Below, one piece after another: positions 43,655-58,114 of a stretch of 64,000 bases of DNA. The stretch lies in NCBI RefSeq assembly GCF_009914755.1, contig NC_060927.1, one strand, 5' to 3'. Under the pieces are notes generated by a model that worked only from the letters and a program-made list of their open reading frames with translations, did no database searches and was not told the origin of the DNA. Each line of letters opens with the position of its first letter. Position 1 is the stretch's first letter. The position numbers and the translations under genes are program-made. The DNA comes from the human T2T-CHM13v2.0 reference genome, Homo sapiens.

Positions 43655-43712
43655 GGACGCTGTTCCTACCTAGATATGGTAAATGGACGCTGAGGCTACC
43701 TAGATATGGTAA
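43655..43712. repeat. 30-bp tandem duplication
   Basis: ggacgctgttcctacctagatatggtaaat / ggacgctgaggctacctagatatggtaa. Confidence 0.9.
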
Positions 43713-43994
43713 CTGCTGATACCATGATAAAGAATAAAAATAGATAGGTTCACTGACCTAGGAGCTTGGCCCTGTGAGTCTGGTGTTTGAACCTCTAAGG
43801 GGGTTACAATGTGGCTGACATGGGCATGGCTGGCCATCTCTCTAGGGGCACACTGTATGGCTGGATCCAGAACTGCCAAAAGAATCCGAAGGCTGTAACT
43901 GCAGCTGTCCTCTGTTATTTGAGCAAAGCTGATAGGAACTGGAAACAAAAAAAAGTTGTTTCTCCTCTCTTCCCACCTTCCAGTGTCCCTGTTA

Positions 43995-44178
43995 GAGACA
44001 GGATACAGTGAGAAGCTGGCCACCTGCAAGCCAAGGAGAGAGGCCCCAGGAGAAACCAACCCTGCCAGCAACTTGATCTTGAACTTCCAGCCTCCAGAAC
44101 CATGAGAAAATCAATTTCTGTTGTTTAAGCAATTCAGTCAGTGATATTTTCCTATGGCAGGCCTAGCAACCTAACGCA
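43995..44178 (+). mobile_element. MLT1A/B LTR 3' half
   Basis: gcaagccaaggagagaggcc...cttgatcttgaacttccagcctccagaac...ctaacgca. Confidence 0.85.
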
Positions 44179-44189
44179 AGCAGAAAATC

Positions 44190-44403
44190 ATTTTAAATAG
44201 CATTTAAAGTCAGCCCCTAGAGGACCAACAATTCACACAGCTCCTCAAAGGGCCAACTGTGAACATCTGTGACCAAAATTTACACCTGTGCCAGCAATCA
44301 GAACTACATCATAATTGTAGCCTGTCCAACTATAAGATATAGCTCAATTTCTGAGATGTAAACAGGAAAAAAAAGTCTGCATTTTGAACTTCATGAGATA
44401 CAG
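44190..44403 (-). mobile_element. Kanga/MER104-type (Tc2) DNA transposon end
   Basis: Reverse complement begins ctgtatctcatgaagttcaaaatgca...acatctcagaaatt, resembling the Kanga1/MER104 terminus. Confidence 0.55.
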
Positions 44404-47400
44404 TCATTCCCTCAGTTTTTCACCTTTCAGGTGCCACAATTTCTTGTCAGGTCTATTTCTTAGAGGTCTGTTTTCAGTGGTCTTTGTTTTTATAAACATT
44501 TAATATTTAGTGAGTTCTAAACGTGTGTTTAAAAGAATTTAGGAGCTGCTTTCTTTATGTAGTCATTGACTTGGGAATACAAATAAGAGAAAATGGGTAA
44601 TTTGGTATTGAATTGCAAATTAAAAGCAACCTATGTAGGTAAAATTTTAATACACAAATCGAGAAGCCTCTTACCACAGAATAATTTAGTCTATGCAAGC
44701 AAATGGAATCCTAATGGTGCCAAGTGAGGAGGAGCTGTGGCTGAGGGAGGAAATAAGTGTGAAGGCCCAATTCATGGATTGATTCAACTTCTGTTTGGGC
44801 AGAAAGAAGCCTGGAGTGGGGAATTTTGCTTAGTAGTTTACAGCAGCAATTTTTGCTGTATTATTTTATGTAGAAGTTCAAGCTTTAGCTTTTAAAATAA
44901 CTGTTGCAAATGTGAGATTTTGCCATATCCAGAATGTTTATGGAAAGAAACACTTTAAGTTTCTTTCATTAAACTGCCAACTCTTCATTTTCTTCTTGCC
45001 CTTATTTATCACCTCTAAGGCTCCTTTAAAAAATATATATACACACACACATATATATTTATACATATATAAATATATAATAAATATCATCACTGAGAAC
45101 AATAATCCTCAGACAAGGGATTTAAGCTTTTGCCAACTTGAGAACAATTAGTAATTTTCTTCTACACAGTCCCATTGGGGTGAAATGTCCCCCTTTACAA
45201 GTGCTGTGCCTGAGCCATAATTAAGCAATTATCTTCTAGTTTCCAGCAGTGACTTTTTTTTCTTTAATTGTCTTCTGGACTCTGCTTGAATGGGATTATT
45301 TTCAAATGCATTTAATTTTCGGTCCTGGTGCCCAAAACTTCGTCACCTTTTGGCTTCTTCATGCCTACAATCTCTTCAGGTGCTGTGTCAATTAGAAACT
45401 TCGGCTTCCAAGTAAAAGAAAATGAGAGTCAAACTTCCTTCAACAATACAAGGGAATATGGGCTCATGCTATGAAAAAGTTCAGAAATGGGACATATCCC
45501 AAGCATGGTTTATTCTGGGTTCTACTTCCTTTTTTTTGTAGTTGTCTACACTTTGTTTTCCTAGGTTAGCTTTTTGGGCCCTCATTAGCAGAAGATGGCA
45601 GCCAGGAGGGTGTAGTTTTCCACAATTACTGAGTAAAATTGCTGAATACTGTGCCAATTCGACTACCCTAAAGCAAATCTTCGTTCTAAGGTAATGAAAG
45701 GCCTGGTTGGTTTCTGGAAAATTACCCTTGACAAAGGAGTTGGGATTTTCATAATTGGTTTGCCCAATTAAATCCTGCCCTGGAGCTAGGGTTAGGGGAG
45801 TAAAATAGATATTGGAGAGCTGGCCACAACATACTTTCCAAGCTCAAGATTATCGTACTTTCCTCTGTATATTTTTTTCTCACACCCTGCATTATTTTCC
45901 TGATTTTTAAAAGTAATTGACATCTTAAACTTTCTTTCTGATTTTCATTCATTAAATTTCTTGCCACTTGGGTCTTGGAACAAGGAAAAGCAACCTCGCT
46001 AGGATTCCTTCATTCCAATCAGATGTGACCTGCTTATCCTGAACATTGCCATTTTAGTATGGTTATCAGCATCGTGCCTAGTTTTCACTGAAAGTAGGTT
46101 TCTTTACTTCTAAGCAAGTGAACACAAGGAGTGAGAAAAGAGAAAGGAAAGCAAAAGCAGTGTTCCTTTTTGTGCTCCCTAAACACAGTGGAGAGCAGAA
46201 GGAGGTGTGATGAGCAAGTCTTTGCAGCCTGCAGATCCTCAAGGACCTAGTTCTGCCTTGCCTGGTCAGGGAAGCTTCATCAATTGTGCCAACAAGCTGA
46301 AAGTGAAATAGAGAGAATAAAATCTCAGGGTGTTAGGGAAAGAGAGCTAGAGGCTTTGCCTCCTTTGTAGGATATTCAATTAAAGTCAAGTCAAGTAAAA
46401 GTGGTTAAGAATGGCCAAGAATGCAGGGGCTACTCTGGGAAAACAAACATAATTCGACAATCCTGTCAAATTATATTACTAAGTACATTATATTCTTAGA
46501 ATGTGAATACAGCTTTTCTCCTTAAATAATAACTAGCATTACAATCATGTTGTACTGTTCTCCTTGTATCCTAAATTGAGCAGGCTTTAACTAATTGGGG
46601 AACATGTTTGGTAACCATACTTTTATGGGTATAACATAAGCTTTCCAGTGGTGCCAAATTGTTATTTGTAAATTGATATTTTAATTTATACATTGCCATA
46701 TTTTATTGTAAACGCTACCAGCCATCTTGTTCTTTTCAGAGTCCAGACTCAATCCAAAGAGTCCAAAGATTAACCTCTCTTTCATTTAGTGTTTTGTTTT
46801 AAATCAGAGTTATGTAACATGCACAGTTTTAAAATAAAATATTATTGCAAATCTAATAATAAAAATGCAAAATCCTTAAATTCTCCCATTCTACTTCTGA
46901 ATCTAGCCCCTGATAACTCTTTTAGATTTTCTCTGGGTATTTACCTCCATATCTAATTTAATTATACTGTTATATTTTGATTTTCTAGTAAGGGAGAATT
47001 TAGTTTTCTTGCCCACTTTTCTTAACCTAGACTAAAGATGCATACCTTTTCTCTCTTCCTGTTACTCTCACATCCTCTCTCTCTTCAACTCTCCCATCAC
47101 AATATTGTTATATTGTGTTAAATCAATATTTTGTTTTCATTAGCATATCTATGTAAATATTACTCCCAGCTAAGCCAAGTTGTATAAATATGATTACATT
47201 TCTTTACTTGTGCCGCAGTTATTTTCCCCTGAAGTTTTAGTAACTTCTCCATCCTTTCTGTTGCTTAGCTCAATCTGTAGCTGTCACTAATTAAGCTTCC
47301 CCCAGTCTCTGCCTGAGCAGTGAAGCTCTTCTCCACATAGCCCAGCACACCAGCAACCAGCAACTCAGTTTATTTTTTGTTCCAGGGCAGTTCTCTCTGA

Positions 47401-47883
47401 GTCCTGCCTCCTCCTGCTCTACCAAGGACTGGTTGCTCTTGAGGCTGCTGCACAGCTGTGACCTCAGACTTCCTCTCTCCAGTGCTGGGATTCCTGAGAG
47501 AGGAAAATGTTAACATTACCTTACACGGTACAAATAGATTCTATCAAAAATCTGCCTCTGTCACTGTTTATGGGTATTGGAAAGGCTCAAGACCTAGAAA
47601 ATGAATATTAAAGGCATGTTTCGTCAGAGGGAGTGAGACATATATAGGGCTCATAAATTGAAACAAACAAAAATCCATGCCATGCTTTTCCATATTACTG
47701 TATCTTGCTGAACATATATATTTAGTTTTTTGTTGGATTTTTTCAACCGTATTTCTCCTTTCTTCTCCTTTGCAATTTTTCTTCTGTTTTCTCAGTGCTG
47801 TCTGCCCATCTTTCTAACCAAAAATTTTGATTTCTGTGCTCTATTTGATCTGTCTTCTAAGACCTCAAAGTTATCATGCACAG

Positions 47884-48479
47884 TATTGGGCCTCAGAACA
47901 CAATATCCCAAAATATGCCACCTTGGTGTGCTAAGCATTTTTGAACTGAAGGAGATTGAGATGGCTGCAGAAACAAGAAGGTTTCTCTGACCTTCTCTCT
48001 GCCTCCTGTCTCCACCAAAATGGGTCATAGAAACCAGAATTATCTCCCAAAGCAAGCCATAAAACCTAGGAAATGTCACTCTCAACTTCTCCCTTCTCCC
48101 ATGAAGATCCTCATGTGACAGGTGTCCTGTCTCATTCCTGGGGGGAAGAAATGTCATACAGAGACACAGAAAATAATCTGAACAAACAGCTCTTGCTGAA
48201 GTTATCCCCCCATTTTATTACCATCACTTCCTACCCTTTTTGTTCAATCATGTTCCTCTACAACTATCCACTTCTTTCATCAGATGTAGCACAAAAATAC
48301 ACGGCTTTCCCTGGATCATGTGGTCTTAATTTCTGAGGGCTCCCATGTATTTAACCATATACAACTTTGGTTAAATAAATGTTTTATACTTTTCTCTTAT
48401 TAATGTGTCTTTTGTTATAGGGGTGTCAGCCATGAACCTTGTGATAGACAAGTACAATACATTACTTCTTCTCTTTACA
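47884..48479 (+). mobile_element. MER31-type ERV1 solo LTR
   Basis: gggcctcagaacacaatatcccaaaatatg start, AATAAA near 48374, ...aca end; exact 4-bp TSD ACAG. Confidence 0.85.
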
Positions 48480-48735
48480 ACAGGTTAGCCTCTTTTATAC
48501 TCCCTCAAGCTTTTCAGCCTTTGATTAAATTAGTAAATCTGAAAATAGATGAAAAGATTGATTAAACAAATATTCATATATGCATACAATTAATCTAAAT
48601 ATTTTATACTATATTGAGTCCAAATAGAATGTGTTTAATGAAGCACACTATCAACAGTCCAATCTTAATTTTTTTAAAAATTAGAAAGATAATACATACA
48701 GTACTCAGTGCATCCTTATAAAGTTGTCACCTATT

Positions 48736-49318
48736 TTTTTCCTTCAACTTTTATCTTAAGTTCAGAGGTACATGTGCAAGATGTGCTGGTTTGTTACATA
48801 GGTAAACCTGTGCCATAGGGTTTTGATGCACAGATCATCCCATCACCTAGGTATTAAGCCCAGCATCCATTAACTATTGTTCTTGATGTTCTCCCTCCCT
48901 ACACCCACCACGCAGTTCCCAGTGTGTGTTATTCCCTGACATCTGACCAGGTGTTCTCATCATTTAGCTCCTACTTTATAAGTGAGAACCTGAAGTGTTT
49001 GGTTTTCTGTCCCTGTGTGAGTTTGCTGAGGACTATGGCTTCTAACTCCATCCTTTCACTGCAAAGGACATGATCTCATTCCTTTTTATGGCTCAATACT
49101 ATACGGTGTATATTACATATTTTATTTATCCAGTCTATCATTGATGGGCATTTAGGTTGATTCCATGTCTTTGCTATTGCGAATAGTGCTGCAGTGAACA
49201 TACGTGTGCATGTAGCTTTATAATAGAATGATTTATATTCCTTTGAGTATATACTCAATAATGGGTTTGCTGGGACAAATGGTATTTCTGCCTCTAGGTT
49301 TTTGAAGAATCACCACTG
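48736..49318 (-). mobile_element. L1PA13-like 3' fragment
   Basis: aacttttatcttaagttcagaggtacatgtgc 3' end; TSD tgtcacctatt / tgtcatctatt. Confidence 0.9.
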
Positions 49319-49334
49319 TGTCATCTATTAATAT

Positions 49335-51508
49335 TGCATTAGTCTGTTTTCACACCCCTATAAATACCTGAGACTGGGTAATTTATAAAGGAAAGAGGTG
49401 TAATTGACTCTCAGTTTCACATGGCCAGGGAGGCCTCAGTAAACTTACACAATCATGGCAGAAGGTGAAGGAGAAGCAAGCAACTTCTTCACAGGTAGCA
49501 GGAGAGAAAAGGATGAAGGAGGAACTACCAAACACTTATAAAATCATCAGATCTCATGAGAACTTACTATGGTGAGAACAGCATGGGGAGAACCACCCCC
49601 ATGATCAAATCACCTTTCTCCCTTGACAGGGGTGGATTACAAGTCAAGATGAGTTTTGGGTGGGGAAACAGAGTCAAATCATATTATTCTGCCCCTGGCC
49701 GCTCCCAAATATCATGTCTTTTCACATTTCAAAACCTATTATGCCCTCCCAACATTTCCCCAAAGTCTTAACTCATTTCAGTATTAACTCAAAAGTCCAC
49801 AGTCCAAAGTCTCATCTGAGACAGGTTAGTCCTTTCTGCCTATGATCCTGTAAAATCAAAAGCAAGTTAGTTGCTTCCTAGATGCAATGGGGATGCAGGC
49901 ATTGGGTAAATCCTTTCATTCCAAATGGGAGAAATTGGCCAAAACAAAGGGTTATGGTCTTATGCAAGTCTGAAATCCAGTGGAGCAGTCATTAAATCTT
50001 AAAGCTCCATAATTATCTCATTTGACTCCATGTTTCACATCCAGGGCATGGTGATACAAGCAGTGGGCTCCCACAGCCTTGGGCAGCTCCCTCACAAGCT
50101 GGCATTGAGTTTCTGTGGCTTTTCCAGGTACACGGTGCAAGCTTTCAGTGGATCTACCATTCTGGAGTTTGGAGGATGGTGGTCCTCTTCTCACAGCTCC
50201 ACTAGGCAGTGCCCCAGTGGGGACTCTGTGTGGAGGCTCCAACCCCACATTTCCCTTTTCCAGTGCCCTAGCAGAGATTCTCCATGAGGGCTCCAGCCTT
50301 GCAGCAGACTTCTGCCTGGACATCCAGGCATTTCTGTATATCCTCTGAAATCTAGGTGGAGGTTTCCAAACCTAAATTCTTGACTTCTGTTCACCTGTAG
50401 GCCCAACACCATGTATAAGCTGCAAAGTCTTGGAGCTTGCACCCTCTGAAGCAATGGCCCAGACTGTACCTTGGCCTCTTTTTGCCATGGTTGGGACTCA
50501 AGGCACCAAGTCCCAAGGCTGCATACCGAAGCCAGGCCCTGGGCTTGGCCCACAGAACCATTTTTTCCTCCTAGGCCTCTGAGCCTGTGATGGCAGGAGC
50601 TGCTGCCAAGATCTCTGACATGCCCTGGAGACATTTTCCTCATTGTTTTGGCAATTAACATTAGGCTCCTCATTACTTATTCAAATTTCTGCAGCTTGAA
50701 TTTCGCCCTAGAAAATGGTTTTCTCTTTTTTATTGCATCGTCAGTCTGCAAATTTTTCAAACTTTTATGCTCTGCTTCCTTTTTAAACATAAGTTACAAT
50801 TTCAGATCATTTCTCTCAAGTTCAAAGTTCCACAGATCTCTAGGGCAGGGGCAAAATGCCACCAGTCTCTTTGCTAAAGTATAGCAAGAATGATCTTTGC
50901 TCCAGTTCCCAAGAAATTCCTTATCTCTAGCTTAGACCACCTCAGCCTTGACTTCATTGTTCACATCATTATCAGCATTTTGGTCAAAGCCATTCAACAA
51001 GTCTCTAGAAAGTTCCAAACTGGCCCGTATCTTCCTGTCTTCTTCTGAGAGCTCCAAACTGTTCCACCCTCTGCCTGTTACCCAGTTCCAAAGTTGCTTT
51101 CACATTTTCAAGTATCTTTATAGCAGTACCTCGCTCCATGGTGTAATTTCCTGTATTAGTCCATTTCACACTGTTGTAAAGAAATACCCGAGACTGGGTA
51201 ATTTATAAAGGAAAGAGGTTTAATTGACTCATAGTTTTAGGTGACTGGGGAGGCCTCAGGAAACTTACAATCATGGCAGAAGGTGAAGGGGAAGCAAGCA
51301 CCTTCTTCACAGGTGACAGGAGAGAGAATAACGAGGGAGGAACTTCCAAACACTTAGAAAACCATCAGATCTCATGAGAACTCACTCACTATCATGAGAA
51401 TAGCATGGGGGAAACTGCTTCCATGATCCAATCACCTCCCTTCCTTGACACATGGGGATTACAATTCAAAATGAGATTTGGGTGGGGACACAGAGCCAAA
51501 CCATATCA
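49335..51508 (-). mobile_element. Complete THE1 (THE1D/C-like) MaLR provirus: LTR 49335-49686, internal, LTR 51152-51508
   Basis: Two about 350-bp direct LTRs (tg.attagtc...ccatatca) around THE1-int; TSD aatat/aacat. Confidence 0.93.
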
Positions 51509-51743
51509 AACATCAAGATTTATTAATCAACAGATTTTATTTTCACGACATCACTGGATGCTTACCTGTCCATTGACTTGAAGTGCTCATATGAAATTCA
51601 TTCCTAACCGAACCTCCATAGGTATACTTGAAGCTTACCTGAGCATATAAGTATGGAGAAAGAGATGACTTGATAGACATCTGCATTTGTGGAGCATTTA
51701 CTATGTGTTAGATACTATTCTAACTGCTCTACTTACATTAACT

Positions 51744-52239
51744 TGTTAAATAAAATTTATGAGAGTTCAGTGATTAGGACTGAGCTCCTGCACTAGGCCC
51801 CAACAGACCAATCCAAAATGGAATCATTCATGCTAAGATTTCATGGCATCAAACTAAATCCTAAGCTGTTTACTTTTAAGGTCTTACCTTCCAAGAAATC
51901 ATAAGAGAGATGATGGACAAATCCTCAAACAGACCAGTTTTCCAAAGAACAGGAGATCCACAGAAACCAGTGGCAAGTGGCCCAGTCAACCCAAGCTGTC
52001 ATAATAAAAGACAGCTTTAACCCACACAAAGAAAGTAACTTTGAAATGACCAGTCCACTCTTTGTTTCTTGCTTCTGCTCTCTTCAGCCTTTTTTTTTGC
52101 CTATAAAGCTGACCCCATCTGCTCAGCTCAGCAGAGCATCCTTCTGTTTCCTAGATAGGATTTTGCCCAGTTCATAAATTGCTAATAAAAGCCAATTTGA
52201 TTGTAAAAACTCGATTTATTAAAATTTTGTTCTATAACA
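51744..52239 (+). mobile_element. ERV1 MER4-group solo LTR (MER57-like) inserted in a MIR
   Basis: tgttaaataaaatttat...ctgagctcctgcactaggcccc; TATAAA at about 52103, AATAAA at about 52184; exact 4-bp TSD AACT; MIR continues on both sides. Confidence 0.85.
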
Positions 52240-52517
52240 AACTTAGTGAGTTCTCATTACAGTCTCATGAGGTACAATCTCATGTTGTGACCTCCGTTTT
52301 AAAGACAGGAGAACTGAGGTTTATGTGACTTATCCAAAGCAACACAGCTAGCAAAATGGTAAAGCCAGGTTTCAAATCCCCTGATTAACAAGCCCTGACT
52401 CACATCTGGGGGCTCTCAGTATATAGCAACACAGAGCATCTGTTAGAGCATGACAGGAATCTGAAAGCTATTAAATGGGGGCATTTGTGGAGTGTTGATT
52501 TTCAAGCACCACATTAT

Positions 52518-52549
52518 ACTTGATCTTAACCAAAAGGCAAAGAAGCAAT
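52518..52549 (-). pseudogene. 3'-truncated (tailless) U2 snRNA retropseudogene, U2 nt 1-32
   Basis: Reverse complement ATTGCTTCTTTGCCTTTTGGTTAAGATCAAGT vs U2 ATCGCTTCTCGGCCTTTTGGCTAAGATCAAGT (28/32); 16-bp TSD tcaagcaccacattat. Confidence 0.92.
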
Positions 52550-52569
52550 TCAAGCACCACATTATTATT

Positions 52570-52980
52570 AACTTATATGTGAACACTCTCTTCCGTATCT
52601 TTTGATTAACATATGCATACATTTCTGTTGGGTGTACTGACAGTTAAATTGTTAGGAATACAGTAACGAAATGTTTAACTTTGGTAAATACTGGCAAAGA
52701 TTTTCCAAAAGTACCAATTTATACTTTTTCCATCAGCAGTGTTTGGAATTTCAGGTGCTCCCCATCTTTGTGAACGATTGATGTTGTTGGTCTTCCTAAT
52801 TTCAGCTTTTTTTTGATAGGTGTCAGTGGTGTTCCGTTAGGGTTTCAACTTGATTCCCCTAATGCATAAGGAAGTTGAGCATCTTTTAATATGTTTGCCA
52901 GTTGTTTGGATACTTTGTTTTGTGAAGTGTGTGTATATTCTAATCTTTTGTTCATTTTTCTATCTGATTTTCTTGATGGT
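52570..52980 (-). mobile_element. Old L1M fragment
   Basis: taccaatttatacttttccatcagcagtg...gttgagcatcttttaatatgttt ORF2-end motifs. Confidence 0.7.
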
Positions 52981-54104
52981 CGTATTTAAATATGATCACT
53001 TAGATTATAATTTGAGGCCACAGTTTTAAGAGAATGGAATAATCCCACTACTGTAATGGCCAGATATTTTACCTATAGATTGTTCTTGCAACTTATTCAG
53101 TGTAACTGAATGGTTCCACAAAACTGCTTATGGAAAAAATGCTTCTCTGCCTTCCTCCAGAAATTAAAAGCGGTCGTAAGCAATATATATTTTTGGCAAC
53201 TGGTATTTAACACTTGACATGTTATTGAGGCATTTTATTCTATCCCAATGGCCATATGCTCCCAGGTGACAACTCTGAGAATGCTCACTTCTTGGACAAA
53301 AGCTGACCTGTCACTGCTTGACATATGGTGAGTGGTAGGTAGACTCTTGCTTCCCTCTTAGGCATCTTCCCCCTCACCGCTTTCCTGGCAAGGTCAGCAT
53401 GTTTTTGGGCATATGCCTATCTAACTCTTAGAGCAGTGACACCTCCCTTCCCAACAGAGCAAGAAGCTGAGTCTGTATCAGTGGCTGCACTAGGAATTTC
53501 TTTAACGGCACAAATTAGGAAATGACTTTGTGTAAAGCAGAGGTTTGCATATTGTTTCCTCATTAAAAGGCAGTAGTAAAAACACCATGGACATTGGTCG
53601 TAAATACACATGGGTTGATCAGCTTCTATGAAGCTATTTTCCTATCTGTAAAATAGAAATAATTACACAGGATCCACTTTCCAAGGTTGTTGTGAGAGAT
53701 AATGCCTGAAATGTGCCTAAAGTAGAGAAGTAGACCAGTTGTGAACCAAGGACATAAATGCCCTTGTTTGTGGTTGTGGTACATTACAAACTACCACACA
53801 ATTTAGTGGCTAAAATAAGTGATCTATTTCTCAGATTTGATACTGGACTCAAAACAGTTCTTCTGATTCACATGGAGCAGACAGAGGTCACTCATGTGAC
53901 TGCATTCAGCTGGAAGCTTGACTGAGACTGGAGCTCCAGGAGCACCTGTCATTCTCCAGGGCCCTGCTTCAAGTGGGGACCAAACCCCCCACATAGTAAA
54001 TCAAAGCCTTTTTTTGTTTGTTTTAACAGCATGACATGAGAATTTGGTTTTAGCTTATAATTATCACAGGAGCATTTATTTCACATTCTCTGGGCCAAAG
54101 CAGC

Positions 54105-54565
54105 TCTATTAGTTTTCTATTACTAGGTGACACATGAGTACAAAATTAGTTGCTTAAAACAGCGCCTATTTATTATCTCAAAGTTCTGCAGGTCAGAAGT
54201 CCAGACAAGCTTTGCTGATTTTTTTTGTTTGTTTCATTTAAGGCTTCAAAAGGCTGAAGTCAAGATATGGCTTAGCCTCAGCTAGTGTTTATCTGGAGGC
54301 TTGAAGGAAGAATCCAAGTTTATTTGGGTTGTTGGCAGAATCTAGTTCCCTCTTTTCTTGTTGGCTGCCAGCTAGGGGCCACTCATTGTTTCTATTGGTC
54401 ACCCATACATATTCTGTCTCATTTTATTCCTTCCATTTTCAAACCAGAAATAGCATATAAAGTCCTTGTGCTTCAAGTCTTTCTGCATTCTTTGGCTGCA
54501 AACCAAAGAAAACTGCAGTTAAAAACCCTTGTGAGTAGATGAGGCCCACCCAGATAATTTCTTCT
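54105..54565 (-). mobile_element. MLT1 (D/E-type) LTR
   Basis: tattagttttctatt...gcttaaaacagc...gttctgcaggtcagaagtcc...gcccacccagataat. Confidence 0.7.
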
Positions 54566-54604
54566 GTTATTGTTACTTCTAAATAATTTAAAAATAAATT
54601 TCAG

Positions 54605-54898
54605 ACCGGGCACAGTGGCTCATGCCTGTAATGAAAGGCTGAGGTGGGTGGATCACTTGAGGGCAGGAGTGTGAAACCAGCCTGGCCAACTTGGTGAAAA
54701 CCATTCTCTACTAAAAATACAAAAATTAGTGGGCATGGTGGCACACACCTGTAGTCCCAGCTACTTGGGAGGCTAAGGCAGGAGAATCACATGAACCTAG
54801 GATGCAGAAGGTGGAGTGAGCCGAGATTGCATCACTGCAATCCAGCCTGGGTGACAGAGCGAGACTCTGTCTCAAAAAAAAAAAAAAAAAAAAAAAAA
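54605..54898 (+). mobile_element. AluS (Sx/Sz-like)
   Basis: Dimeric Alu with gatcacttgagg and accagcctggccaac; long poly(A); small left-arm deletion. Confidence 0.93.
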
Positions 54899-55049
54899 GT
54901 AACTGACAAATAAAAATAGCATATATTAAGGGGGTATAATGTGATGTTTATATATATAGAGAGAGAGAGACAGAGAGAGAGGAATGATTAAACCAATCTA
55001 ATTACTATATCAATCACTTCACATACTTATCATTTTTTGTAGTGGGAAC

Positions 55050-57658
<2,609 letters not shown>

Positions 57659-58114
57659 TCAGCAATTTAAATATGTACATTATGTTATTATTAATTATAG
57701 TCATATTGTGTGATAGTTCTCAAAAATTTATTCCTCCTAACTGAAACTTGGTAATTTTTGACCAAAACCTCCCCAATCCCCCTCTTTCCCTGCCCTGAGT
57801 TCTTGGTAATCATCGTTCTACTCTCTCCTTTCACAAGTTTGACGTTTTTAGATTCCATATATAAGTGAGATTATGCAGTATTAGTTTTCCTGCATCTGGC
57901 TTATTTTACTTAGCATAATGTCCTTGAGATTCATCTATATTGCTGCAAATTACAGGATTTCTTTCTTTTTAAGGCTGAATAGTATTCTGTTGTATACATA
58001 TACCACATTTTTGTTATCCATTCATCTGTTGATGGACACTTATGTTGATTTCATATCTTGACTATTGTGAATACTGCTGCAATAAACATGGGAGTTCAGA
58101 TATCTCTTTGGCAC

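Noticed and set aside
50018-50673. 101-160 aa ORFs here and at 58664-60092
   Set aside because: Degenerate THE1 internal/LTR frames, not host genes.
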